Positions 39,675 to 51,965 of a stretch of DNA of 64,000 nucleotides are shown piece after piece. The notes below the pieces were generated by a model. The model had not been told where the DNA came from and ran no database searches. It worked only from the letters and a program-made list of their open reading frames with translations. Position 1 is the stretch's first letter, and each line of letters starts with the position of its first letter. The position numbers were made by a program, and so were the translations under genes. The stretch is taken from positions 56,770,950 to 56,834,949 of the forward strand of contig NC_068990.1 in the NCBI RefSeq assembly GCF_001194135.2, given 5' to 3'. Source of the DNA: Octopus bimaculoides. Its lineage: Eukaryota.

Positions 39675-40055
39675 GGTTTCAAATTTTGGCTCAAGGCCTG
39701 CAATTTCGAGGTACAAGGTGGTGCTGAAAAGTTCCTGGCTTTAGGTAAAAGAAAATAGGGGAGGATCTGTTAATTATGATTTTATTCAAGATATTCCCCT
39801 CTCAGACACCCCTCTATTGCAGTGGTTCTTCAGTTTCCCTAAGCTCTGTAAAAGAACTTGGAACCAACCAGGCCTTTTGTGATACCCTTAAAACCAGGAA
39901 CTTTTCAACACTTCCTTGTAAGTTGATTACATCAATCCTGAAAGGATAAAAAGCAAAGTTGACCACAGAAGAATTTGAACTCAGAACATAAAGATGGACA
40001 AAATGCCACTGACCAGTTTTCCCAGGGTGTTACCATTTCTACTAGCTTGCTGCCT
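39675..40055 (-). mobile_element. SINE family B interrupted by a mariner-type MITE
   Basis: SINE tail before 39713 resumes after 39920. Confidence 0.75.
39714..39918. mobile_element. Mariner-type MITE (205 bp)
   Basis: TA flanks; TIRs CAAGGTGGTGCTGAAAAGTTCCTGG / CCAGGAACTTTTCAACACTTCCTTG. Confidence 0.85.
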
Positions 40056-40493
40056 TATAATAACTAAATATTAAATTACTGATGTGCATTTTGATTCTTT
40101 GCTCTCCTATATTTAAGAACATTTCTGTAGATTTTTCCACTAGCACTTTATGGTATGACAAATGTAAACTATTTATGTGTAGCTACAGTATTTTCATGAA
40201 CAGAGAAAATAGGGAACAGTTTTAATCCTGTGCTTGAGTTTCATCAGCAATTATGTATCCTCTTTAACCATCCACAAACAAACATATTGCTTATAAATCT
40301 ACTTTCATTAAGGGTTCAAGGGTTCAAGTAAACTAGATAGATTAATTCGCTAAGAATGTATTATTAATGCCATAACAGGATTAGATACAGTCACTGTTGA
40401 AATCATAACTGAGGATTGCAACACCACCTGTCTACCTATACTGTGTTTTCTTTCCATTAAAATATTGTGTGTGTGTGTATGTATTTATATATA

Positions 40494-40654
40494 CAGGCAA
40501 AGGCTGTGTGGTAAGAAGCTTGCTTCTCAATCATATGGTACTGGGTTTAGTCCCACCGTGTGGCACTTTAGGCAAGTGTCTTCTCTTATAGCTCTGGACT
40601 GACCAAGTCCTTGTGAGTGAATTTGGTAGGTGGAAACTGAAAAGAAGCCTGTCG

Positions 40655-40718
<64 letters not shown>

Positions 40719-40960
40719 TTATGTGTGTAAGTCTTTGTGTCTGTTTCTCTCCCACCATCACTTGACAACCAATGTTGGTGTGTTTACATCCTCTTAGCAG
40801 TTCAGCAAAACTTTGTGATTCAGCAAAAGAGACCATGAGAATAAGTACTAAGCTTACAAAGAATAAGTCCTAGGGTTGATTTCTTTGACTAAAATTCTTT
40901 AAGGTGGTGCTCCAGCATGGCTGCAGTCAAATGACTGAAACCAGTGAAAGAATAAAGAAA
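40494..40960 (+). mobile_element. Full-length SINE family A
   Basis: Head, internal (TA)n(TATG)n and 3' module all present. Confidence 0.85.
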
Positions 40961-40962
40961 GA

Positions 40963-41000
<38 letters not shown>

Positions 41001-41091
41001 ATATATATACACACACATATATATGTAGTTGTATTATATGCAAATATTGTTACAGAGAGTGTTGGCTAGAAGAATATGTAGACATCATATA

Positions 41092-42266
41092 CACAGATAT
41101 GACAAAAGTGAATAAACACACTTATAATATCATTACAATTTATTTAAGTCTGCAATTGTACATTCAAATTATTTATTAATTATTACAATGTGAATATTTG
41201 ATATTTAGTAGAGATGCCTTTAACATGTTATTGATCTGATGACAAATATTCTCTTAAGTTTTACGCTATAATCTAAAAAGATCTGGTTTTAAGGATACTT
41301 TCTTGGTCTTTTTGTGAATTGTCCTGTCCATTATATCCCAGAGGTGTTCAATAGGATTCATACCTGGTGACTGGCTTGGCCATGGAAGCTTTTTAATGCT
41401 ATTCTCTTCCAACCAAACTTGGATCTTTTTAGCCATGTGATGAGGAGCCCCATCTTCCATAAATAAAGAGTCTTCTTTAATCATTCCACCACTGGAGAAG
41501 ATTGGAAGGAGTTCTTTCTGCATTATGGACACATATTTATCTAAGTCTATGTTTCCCTCACACTCTGCCAGCTCTGATCAACCGTTGCTCCAAATTCCTT
41601 CCCCCAGACCATCACAGAATAGTCAGAGTGTTTCATTGTTGGCTGCAATCTTTTCATGTCAAATTCTTGATTACAGAGTTTCCAGATCCACACTTAACCG
41701 CTGTGAGAAAATACAGCATATCTGGACTCATCAGAGAATATGACAGTGTCCTAAAATGTTAGTGGCCTCTCCACCATCGCACTGGCCCAATCTTTTCTCC
41801 ACATGAAATTGGCTGGTCAAAGAAGTGGCTTCATAGTAGCAAAGTTTGTAGAGATATGTAACAGCTGTTCTGGGACTGACATCAACTTGTTCTACTATGT
41901 CAGAGGTCTTGTAATGATGATTATCCTCCACACTTCCCTTAACAAAGAGAAGGATCCTATCAGAGATCCCTGATTGATCTGCACAATGTGATGTGGACTC
42001 CTTCCTTCTCCACTGAATTGCATGCACATTCATTCTATTAACTGTAAAAAGTGGAATCACTCGATTTTCTGTGATTTTATGCTGATGAAGCATCTATGAA
42101 ATTCAAACAGTTCCAAGGTTTCTTTTGCATGTGGCATGATTAAACAGTCACATATAAAACCTGAAACATGAAAATGTCAATTAATAAAATATATAAACGT
42201 TTTCAAATTAAAATAAACATAAAACGATGTTTTATTGAGTGTCTATTTACTTCTGTCATGTCTGTG
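41092..42266 (-). mobile_element. Near-full-length decayed Tc1 (DD34E) transposon
   Basis: TA flanks; TIRs CACAGATATGACAAAAGTGAATAAACAC / reverse complement CACAGACATGACAGAAGTAAATAGACAC; minus-strand relic VIFSDESRY...VMVWG...FMEDGAPHH...WPSQSPGMNPIEHLW with stops and frameshifts. Confidence 0.92.
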
Positions 42267-42294
42267 TAGATATCTGAATAATTCACTCTGCTGG

Positions 42295-42790
42295 CTACAA
42301 CAACAAATGTTGCTGTTGGTTTGATCAATGGAACAACTGCTTGTGAAATTAATGTGCAAGTGGCTGAGAACTCCACAGATATGCATACCTATTTCGTTAT
42401 TGCCCACAAGGGGCTAAACATAGAGGGAACAAACAAGAACAGACGAACGGATTAAGTCAATTACATCGACCCAGTGCGTAACTGGTACTTAATTTATCGA
42501 CCCCGAAAGGATGAAAGGCAAAGTCGACCTCGGCGGAATTTGAACTCAGAACGTAACGGCAGACGAAATACCGCTAAGCATTTCGCCCGGCGTGCTAACG
42601 ATTCTGCCACAGATATGCATACCCTTAATGTAATTCTCAGGGAGATTCAACATGATTCAGAATGTTAAAGTTGGACCTCGTAAATACAGGTACTACTCAT
42701 TTTTGTCAGCTGAGTGAACTGGGAATTGAATTCATGACCTTATGATCATAAACCAAATACCTAACCACTAAGCCACATGCCTTCACACAG
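42295..42790 (-). mobile_element. SINE family C split by a younger family B insertion
   Basis: Body sequence GTGCAAGTGGCTGAGAACTCCACAG continues after 42623 to the head GGGAATTGAATTC..CTAACCACTAAGCCA. Confidence 0.75.
42390..42606 (-). mobile_element. Young family B-type SINE with alternative tail and 17-bp TSD
   Basis: CCACAGATATGCATACC duplicated at 42373-42389 and 42607-42623; CpGs intact. Confidence 0.9.
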
Positions 42791-43560
42791 ACATCTGAAT
42801 ATACACAAAGAATGTATTGCAGATTTACATCTTACCTAATTTCAAAATTTCACTTATATTTACAGGCCTACATCTCTAATTCCTCCTGTATACATATGGA
42901 ATTTTAAAAAAATAACTGAAATTATTTCTGTATAACTTTTAACACCATAGCATAATTCTGCAAATTTCTCTGCATGAAAATAGATATAGAAATATGCTAT
43001 AACACAAGCTGAACAAAATAAGTAATTTTCATGTGTATGGTTAATGCTTTCAAGAGTTACAAACCGAATAACTGAGGAACCCATATATTGTATGCTGTTA
43101 TATATTATATATTACATGGTCTTCATTAATTTCTTCCATCAGATTATCAACTGTGATTCCATATTCACTTGTTTAGACTATCTCTTAGATATAATAATTC
43201 AATGAAAATATTGGATTGAAATTATAGTTTACAATATTATCTTGTTACTGATATGTTATTAAATGCTGCACAAAGAATATCAATAACAAAATGTTTGTAG
43301 TGGAAAATATTTGGGAATATGACAGACCACTAGAAACAATCTATCTTGAATTATATACATCTATAAAACGCACATAAACACACACAAAACAAATGCATAC
43401 ACAAGTAAGTGCCTGTGTTTGTGAATGTATACATATGTACTTGAGCATATATGCATTTGTGCATTTGTGTATGAATATAAATTTGATAGTAGAGGTAAAA
43501 TGCTAACATGGATAAATGGAAAAGACATGGTGTTATCAATTCTCTGGTTAAAACAATTAA

Positions 43561-43624
43561 TTTCATAGGCATTTTTAAGCAGTATTTGTTTCTTTCATAG
43601 GCATTTTTAAGCAGTATTTGTTTC
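43561..43624 (+). repeat. Perfect 32-bp tandem duplication
   Basis: TTTCATAGGCATTTTTAAGCAGTATTTGTTTC x2. Confidence 0.95.
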
Positions 43625-44619
43625 TGAAGAACTTTCCGTTTAGTCACTTGACTAAGTGACACTGTAGCAATATGTCCTTAAACCAAGTGAAAACTTTGAA
43701 TTGCATCCCTTTAATAAATATGAAAAACATTACTGATAAAATGATTCATGTAGAATTAAGACTGGCACACAATATATCATACATATATCCAATATATAAA
43801 ACAAAGGAAAAACGTATATTATTGTGTTGATGAAATATTTCAACTACTGGAGTAGCTTACAAGTACATCACACCAAGTACTTTAGGGATTCAATAAGTCA
43901 GTGATGAAATATTCAAAACAAACAACACCAAACAATGGGAAAATAAGGAATACTCATTTAATCATTATCCTCATTTAACGTCTGTTTTCCAGGCTAGCAT
44001 GGGTTGGGCCATCAGATGTCAAAATAAGTATAACCAATTTTCTTTAAGAGAAAGAAATAATTTCATCAACAATAAAATTATTTTTTGAATATAAAATTAA
44101 GAGAGAAAAAAATTATGATCTCTGTACAGAAATATGGATTGGAAGGAATCTTACCAGGAATGGATGTGTGGATAAAATGTTTCACTCTTATGTGGGTTGA
44201 TTAGCATTTGATCTCACAGCACAGCACTACCATAGCTTTGGAAGCAATAACTTGTGAGCGGAATTTTGTAGATAGAATCTGTGTATAAAATAATTCATCG
44301 AACTATCTGCCTGTTTGTCCGCCCATTTATTTGTCTGTCTATCTATCTATCTACCTATCTATCTATCCATCTATCTATTTATCTATCTATCTATTTATCT
44401 GTATATGCAAATACATACATATACACATGTACATTCACACNNNNNNNNNNNNNNNNNNNNNNNNNNNNNNNNNNNNNNNNNNNNNNNNNNNNNNNNNNNN
44501 NNNNNNNNNNNNNNNNNNNNNNNNNNNNNNNNNNNNNNNNATATATATATATATGTGTGTATATATATATGTATATGTATATATACATGTATATGTATAT
44601 ATATTTTTTTATGTGTATG

Positions 44620-44810
44620 TCTTTGTGTCTGTGTTTGTCCGTCCACCATTATTTGACAACTGATGTTGGCATGTTTATGTCATCGGTAACTTAGCAGTTT
44701 GGCAAAAGAGTCTGATGAAATAAGTACCAGGCTAAGAAAGAATAAGTGCCTGGGTTGATTTCTTCAACTAAAAAGCGGTGCTCCAGCATGGCCACACTCA
44801 AACAACTGAT
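44620..44810 (+). mobile_element. SINE family A 3' module
   Basis: TTTGACAACTGATGTTGG ... GCGGTGCTCCAGCATGGCC. Confidence 0.8.
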
Positions 44811-45309
44811 GGAAAAAATATAAAAATAAATACATAAGTACATATAAATATTTAAAGGTATATATACATATATATATATATATANNNNNNNNNNNNNNNN
44901 NNNNNNNNNNNNNNNNNNNNNNNNNNNNNNNNNNNNNNNNNNNNNNNNNNNNNNNNNNNNNNNNNNNNNNNNNNNNNNNNNNNNNNNNNNNNNNNNNNNN
45001 NNNNNNNNNNNNNNNNNNNNNNNNNNNNNNNNNNNNNNNNNNNNNNNNNNNNNNNNNNNNNNNNNNNNNNNNNNNNNNNNNNNNNNNNNNNNNNNNNNNN
45101 NNNNNNNNNNNNNNNNNNNNNNNNNNNNNNNNNNNNNNNNNNNNNNNNNNNNNNNNNNNNNNNNNNNNNNNNNNNNNNNNNNNNNNNNNNNNNNNNNNNN
45201 NNNNNNNNNNNNNNNNNNNNNNNNNNNNNNNNNGGAAAAAATATAAAAATAAATACATAAGTACATATAAATATTTAAAGGTATATATATATCTATATAC
45301 AGAAATTTA

Positions 45310-45552
45310 ATGAACTCTACGGGTCTTAGTAAATACATTTGGGAACTTAAATCAAAATGAATAGAATACGAATTAAAATGGGAAATAGTTTGCAAGGCTA
45401 AATCATATAGGATAGGGAATAAATTCTGCTTATTATGTACTAACGAATTTAAAGAGATATTATTAACTACTAAAAAATTTATTGACTCCCACGATGAACG
45501 TTATATTAAATGAAGACATAAATTAAATCACTTATATGATAAGTTTAAATAA
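45310..45552 (+). mobile_element. Penelope-like element, decayed C-terminus of the GIY-YIG region
   Basis: Read-through of stops gives STGLSKYIWELKSK*IEYELKWEIVCKAKSYRIGNKFCLLCTNEF...*RHKL, matching the PLE motif T-LSKYIW-LK...Y-IKW-I---A--Y----K-C-LC--EK...CRH. Confidence 0.75.
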
Positions 45553-45744
45553 CTAATTTATTTATTTAAACCTAGTATTAGGTACCAACTTATAGTTATA
45601 ATCAGTATCTTAGAATACATCAAATTAGCTTCAGAATACATTTTAATCATCACAATATTATACAAAATTACCTTTGCTTTAAGTATTCAACGATAATATG
45701 AGCAGTCTTTTACAATGTTTCATAACATTATTTAAGTAATATAT

Positions 45745-46600
45745 AACTTTCGTATTTGGTATAGTTATTATTCTGCGTAAATCTGAGAGTTTTAAGCATT
45801 TTAGTATTATTAATCATCATTAAACTTTTTATTTTAGGTAGATTTTCTTTTTCGATATTTTCGTTATTATTTTAGCAATTATAACACGTACTTACCTCTG
45901 GTAATGGACGCCATGTTTATCACGTGACTTTTCAGTATTAATTTTCATAGCATTATTTACGTAATATAGAATTTCCGTATGGCTATAGTTATTACTCTGC
46001 GTTAGTTTGAAAGTTTAAGTATTTTAGTATTTTTAATTCTCAAGAAACGTTTTATTTTAGATAGATTTTCTTTTTCGATATTTTCGTTATTATTGTAGTA
46101 ATTATAATACGCATGTACTTCCGGGTAATAGACGTCATATTTATCACGTGACCTTTTAGTATAAATTCTGTAGCCATTTTGTTTTAATCTAGAGTTACCA
46201 GCCGGCAGATAAGTCATGTTTTTCTTATTTTAATTTTATAAACAATATTGATATCCGTCTTTTAGTAACTTTGTACACTAACACATTTTTTACTATTATC
46301 TACTTAGTCCATAATGTTTTATCCTTGTTTACTATAATACTATAATATTTTTAGATTGTAACTCTTAATGATTATATTAATACCGTTAATGTAGGGATTA
46401 GTTTACAGATTTTGTCTCTTTATATATATTTTTATTTCTCACGTTTATGTTTATTCTTTGAATGGTTTTAGGTATTTTCTTAGGGATTTGACCCGAAGAG
46501 TGACTGATTTTGGGAGTAAAATCATTTCCCCGTTCTAATGAACTCGGATAGAATTTGCTTATGATTTTATATAGTCCTATTTCATCCATGAAACGAACGT
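45745..46600 (-). mobile_element. Probable PLE 5'/ORF N-terminal region in inverted orientation, with ~220-bp internal tandem duplication
   Basis: SLERGNDFTPK resembles the PLE N-terminal L-KGLNF-PTP motif (weak); 45745-45945 is repeated at 45970-46165; composition differs from the flanks. Confidence 0.4.
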
Positions 46601-48149
46601 AGTCTATGTACTAGCACTAACGTTTTGCATTTATACTTCCATACTGTATATTATCATATTAATTTTTACTGTCCAATTTATAAATTTGACTTTTAAACAT
46701 TTTGAATCAATATTTCTATGATTTATCTATATGATTTATTTATGTAATATGTTATTTAATTTAAATTTTTAGATTAAAATATTAGATATATTAAGATGGT
46801 ATATGCCTCACAGCATGGATTTGAATGGGTTCTGAGTTGACTGAGTTGTAGGGTGGTGGTTCGTCTCTAAATTAGTTATATATATATATATNNNNNNNNN
46901 NNNNNNNNNNNNNNNNNNNNNNNNNNNNNNNNNNNNNNNNNNNNNNNNNNNNNNNNNNNNNNNNNNNNNNNNNNNNNNNNNNNNNNNNNNNNNNNNNNNN
47001 NNNNNNNNNNNNNNNNNNNNNNNNNNNNNNNNNNNNNNNNNNNNNNNNNNNNNNNNNNNNNNNNNNNNNNNNNNNNNNNNNNNNNNNNNNNNNNNNNNNN
47101 NNNNNNNNNNNNNNNNNNNNNNNNNNNNNNNNNNNNNNNNNNNNNNNNNNNNNNNNNNNNNNNNNNNNNNNNNNNNNNNNNNNNNNNNNNNNNNNNNNNN
47201 NNNNNNNNNNNNNNNNNNNNNNNNNNNNNNNNNNNNNNNNNNNNNNNNNNNNNNNNNNNNNNNNNNNNNNNNNNNNNNNNNNNNNNNNNNNNNNNNNNNN
47301 NNNNNNNNNNNNNNNNNNNNNNNNNNNNNNNNNNNNNNNNNNNNNNNNNNNNNNNNNNNNNNNNNNNNNNNNNNNNNNNNNNNNNNNNNNNNNNNNNNNN
47401 NNNNNNNNNNNNNNNNNNNNNNNNNNNNNNNNNNNNNNNNNNNNNNNNNNNNNNNNNNNNNNNNNNNNNNNNNNNNNNNNNNNNNNNNNNNNNNNNNNNN
47501 NNNNNNNNNNNNNNNNNNNNNNNNNNNNNNNNNNNNNNNNNNNNNNNNNNNNNNNNNNNNNNNNNNNNNNNNNNNNNNNNNNNNNNNNNNNNNNNNNNNN
47601 NNNNNNNNNNNNNNNNNNNNNNNNNNNNNNNNNNNNNNNNNNNNNNNNNNNNNNNNNNNNNNNNNNNNNNNNNNNNNNNNNNNTTCTTTGAACAGTCAGA
47701 TGTCAGATTACCTAAAAAGAAACAATGTAGTTAATAATAAATGTTGAAATTAATGCATGCCAGATTTCACAGTTCGTGCATCAGCCTTTCATTGTCAGGC
47801 TATGAAATTTTCAGCTTACCCTTGGATATCAGCAAAAATACATAAATATTGTTGGGAAAACTGCAAAACAGATGCTGTACGAAGTCCCTTGTGCTATTTG
47901 AACTGTATCAAGTTACAGATGTGCCTCTCACTGTCAGTGATGCTGTGAACCAATGATTTAGAAATCTGTAACCAACAATGTCACCCTTCACAAATTATGA
48001 AATAAATTAATATATGTATTCCAGAATTGTAAATGTTTGGCATATGACTTGATCTAAGAACTTGTATTAAAACTGAAGCATTTAAGAACACTCGAAATAG
48101 TTACATACAGTTTTTTTATATCTTAATAGTATTTTGTATACTATGTATA

Positions 48150-48631
48150 GAAGGCACAGGCATGGGTGTGTAGTAAGAAGTTTTCTTCCCAACCACATGG
48201 TTTGGGGTTCAGTCCTAAGGCCAGTAATTTCAGTGAAGCAGGAAAGTCGATTACAACCTGGTACTTATTTTATTGACTCCCATCAAAGTGATAAAAGGCA
48301 AAGATAACTTTGGAGAAATTTGAACCCAGAATGCTAACAATTCAGCCAGCTCACCACCTTAAGTAGTTGTAGTAGTAGTAGTAGTAATAATAATAATAAT
48401 AATGATAATAATAACAATCCTTTCTACTAAAGGTACAAGGCCTGAAATCTGTGGGGAGGAGACTAATTGATTACATTGACCTCAGTGTCTCCCTGATACT
48501 TAATTTACTGACCCCAAAAGGATGAAAGGCAAAATCGATCTTGGTGGAATTTGAACTCAGAATGCATCAAAGGGTGAAATACAGCAAAGCATTTCATCCA
48601 ACATGCTAATGAGTCTGCCTGCTCACCACCT

Positions 48632-48678
<47 letters not shown>

Positions 48679-48852
48679 TAATGGTTTCAAATTCTAGCAC
48701 AAGGCCAGTACTCAATTGGTATCTATTTTATCGACCATGAAAGTACAAAAAGCAAAGGTGACCTTGGTGAAATTTGAACTCAGAGCATAAAAACATGAAA
48801 TGCTGCATTTTGCCAGGTGTGCTAACAAACAGTTCAGCCAACCTGCCACCTT
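48150..48852 (-). mobile_element. Array of three family B copies separated by (AAT)n, preceded by a plus-strand family A head fragment (48150-48225)
   Basis: GAATTTGAACTCAGA and CAGCTCACCACCTT recur at ~48320, 48550 and 48775. Confidence 0.8.
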
Positions 48853-49112
48853 ATACTGCCAATAATGATAAAAAATAATAATAATAATAATGAAGAAGAA
48901 GAAGTTAGTTGTATTATTAAGCACCTTCAATTGCTGGTTTATAAAAAACGCAAATTAACTGAAAAACATGGACAGTGTATTTAATTAGACAAATGCTAAC
49001 AAAATTGTAAAAAGGCCAGAAAATGTGTTCGGAAATGTTTTGACATCCTAGAACATTGGAGATCAAATTACTAATGCACTCTGCATGGAAGATTAAAAGG
49101 AAACCAGTTTAA

Positions 49113-49786
49113 CCCTTTGGCATTCAAATTACTCTGTCAAATGTAATGCTTATTTATTTACAATGTTTTGAATTAATCAGGTGTTATATCATAGCTTTGA
49201 GATTTTGATGATATGATTTTAGCTTTTATATATTACTTGTTTCAGTTGTAAGACGGTGGCCATCCTGGGTCAACACCATGAGAAATTTTGGTCAAATGAA
49301 TCAACATCTGTACTTAATTTTTTTTTTATAAAGCCTGGTACTTATTCTATTAGTTTTTATTGCTGAACCACTAAGTTACAGGGATGTAAACTTACCAACA
49401 CTGGTTGTCAAGCAGTGGTGGGGAACAAACACAATCACAAGGACACATAGACACACAAGGGCTTTTTTCACTTTCTGTCAACAAAATCCACTAACAAGAC
49501 TTTGGTCAGCCCAAGGCTATAGTGGAAGACATTTGCCCAAGGTGCAAGACAGTAGGACTGAACTGATCCAAAACCATTTGGTTGGGAAGCAAACTTCTTA
49601 CCACACAGCCATGATTTATATTTACCACACAACCTGATTTTATATGGTATCACACAGCCTGATTTTATATTTTTAAAATGACATTGTGGAGTAGGTGTGA
49701 AAGGTAAGATCTGGCCAGTTTGAGTATAACAGAGGTGAAATATTTGAACTGGATATGACTGCTTTAAATGCTAAAGGATTAAAGGG
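49113..49786. mobile_element. piggyBac-type MITE family 2 containing a minus-strand family A SINE (49232-49612)
   Basis: TTAA-CCCTTTGGCATTCAAA ... TTTAAATGCTAAAGGA-TTAA-AGGG-TTAA. Confidence 0.8.
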
Positions 49787-50029
49787 TTAAAGTTGAAAAT
49801 TCAGAAAAACTTGCTTACCTTAACTTATTAATCATACTTTTGTATAGCATAACATATGAGTAACATGTTTTACAAGGCATTTAAGTAATAGTATGGATTT
49901 AACTATTTTTTAAAATCCATTCTACACTTGCACACCCTTTGCAAAGCTACAGAGGGTCACCTGGCATTGTTTGAGAACCACCAGACAGAAATATCTCTTT
50001 CATGAAATCTTTGTCATCATTCTCATTGT

Positions 50030-50425
50030 CATCACCATCGTCATTATCATCATTTAACATCTGTTTTCTATCCTGGGATGTGTCAGACGGTTTGACAGGA
50101 GCTGGCATGGCCAAATGCTGCACCAGATTCCATAGTCTATTTTGGCATGGTTTCTACAACTACCAACCACTTTACAGGGTATATTGGGAACTTTTAGCAT
50201 GATACTATCACTTATCCTTTTTTATGTGGCACCATCACCATTTTTTTTTATTTGACACCATCACTAGTGCTTTTTACGTGACTTTATTACTAGTGCTTTT
50301 GATGTTGCACCATCTCCAGTACTCTTTATGTGGAACCAGCATCAGTGCTTTTAATGTAGCACCATAACCATTGCTTTTTGCATCGCACCATCACCAGTGC
50401 TTTTTACCTTGCACCAGTACCAACA
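50030..50425 (-). mobile_element. Family D copy
   Basis: (CAT)n tail at the left; repeated TGCTTTTTA.GTGGCACCA units. Confidence 0.7.
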
Positions 50426-50839
50426 TGATCGCCAAGTTCATTGCAAGGCAACACAACACTTTAATTCTACAAAATCATAAAACTTAGAGATACAATATGT
50501 ACCTGTTTTCATTATTATAGAAAATATGTTTAACCTCAAACATATACCATTGACATAAGATAATGCAGAAATAATATGCATTATTGTATTAGTTGATTCC
50601 CAGTAGCTTGTGTTAGAAATCAATATGAATGGTATTAGAAGCCATTACTGGATTAGTTCTTTCTTCCAACAAAAATTAATGGAAACTTGATATGAGTCTT
50701 TGAGAGAATGAAACTTTTTGATACCTACTCTCAACTGATATTAACAACAAAACTAGAACCAGCATGGGAGAGTTAATGTGGTTAGTAAACCTGCTGAAAA
50801 TAGCAGCTGAATTTCTTTTGAATTATATCCTAGCAGCAT

Positions 50840-51255
50840 TGGTTTCAAATTTTGGCACAAGGCCAACAATTTCAGGTGAAGGGCAAAGTCAATTACATTG
50901 ACCTCAGTGCTTGACTGGAAAGACAAAGTTGGCCTCAAAAGAATTTGAACTCAGAACATAAAGGTAAACAATATGCCACTAAGCATCTTGTACAGTGTGC
51001 TAATGATTCTGCCAGCTCACCACCTTACTCTTAGTTGATATTGGTTTCAGATTTTGGCACCAGGCCAGCAATTTTGGTGAAGGGAATAAATCAATTGCAT
51101 TAACTCCAGTGCTTGACTAGTACTTATTTCATCATCCCTGCAAGAATGAAAGGCAAAATTGGCCTTGATGGAATTTGAACTCAGAACAGGAAGACAAACG
51201 AAATGCTGAGAAGCATTTTTGCCAGTGTGCTAATGATTCAGCCAGTGCACCACTT
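50840..51255 (-). mobile_element. Two tandem family B copies
   Basis: GGTTTCA.ATTTTGGCAC.AGGCCA ... GAATTTGAACTCAGAAC twice. Confidence 0.8.
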
Positions 51256-51700
51256 TTCTCTCAGCTGATATTAACAAGAAAACTAGAACTAGCAAGGGAG
51301 GCTGAATGTGGTTTTGTAAAGCAGCTGAATCTCTTTCAAATTATATCATAGCATCATTAAAAAACATGGCACATTCAATAATGTTGTAAAGGGTTTGCAA
51401 TGCCTGTACAAATAAAAAAGTCTTGAATTTCTTTCGTCATCATTTTGCTCAAATAAGAAAGATTTGGAAATAAACAACAACAAAAATGATGAAAACTCTA
51501 AGAAAGACGGTGTATCAACTTTAATGTTAAATAATTTAAATGACAAAAGAAACTTAACAGTTACTGTTTTCCAGGAAAGTCAATTGCCATCTTTAATGAC
51601 CAATATGACAATTCCTCTATGGATAACCTTGCTGAGAGCAACCACAGTTGTCATGACAACAAGTTTACTTTAAGACATGAAAAAGCTCACCATCTTATGT

Positions 51701-51860
51701 GCAGGCATGGCTGTGTGTGTAGTAAGAAGCTTGTTTCCCAGCCACTTGGTTCCAAGTTCAGGCCCACTGCGTGGCACCTTGACCAAGTGTCTCCTGCTAT
51801 AGCACTGGACCAACCAAGGCTTTGTGAGTGGATTTGGTAGATGGAAACTAAAGAAAAGCT

Positions 51861-51893
<33 letters not shown>

Positions 51894-51965
51894 CGTGTAT
51901 GTGTCCTTGTGCATGTTTGTCCCTCACCACTACTTGAAGATTGGTGTTGGTTTGTTTACATCCCC
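51701..51965 (+). mobile_element. SINE family A, 3'-truncated
   Basis: GCAGGCATGGCTGTGTGTGTAGTAAGAAGCTTG head and GTGAGTGGATTTGGTAGATGGAAAC. Confidence 0.8.

Noticed and set aside
44812-45295. Direct repeat GGAAAAAATATAAAAATAAATACATAAG... on both sides of the gap
   Set aside because: Near-identical sequence flanking an N-gap is most simply an unmerged contig overlap.
45300-46800. Mitochondrial insertion (NUMT) suggested by extreme AT content
   Set aside because: No mitochondrial gene or tRNA motifs are recognisable; the translation fits a Penelope-like element better.
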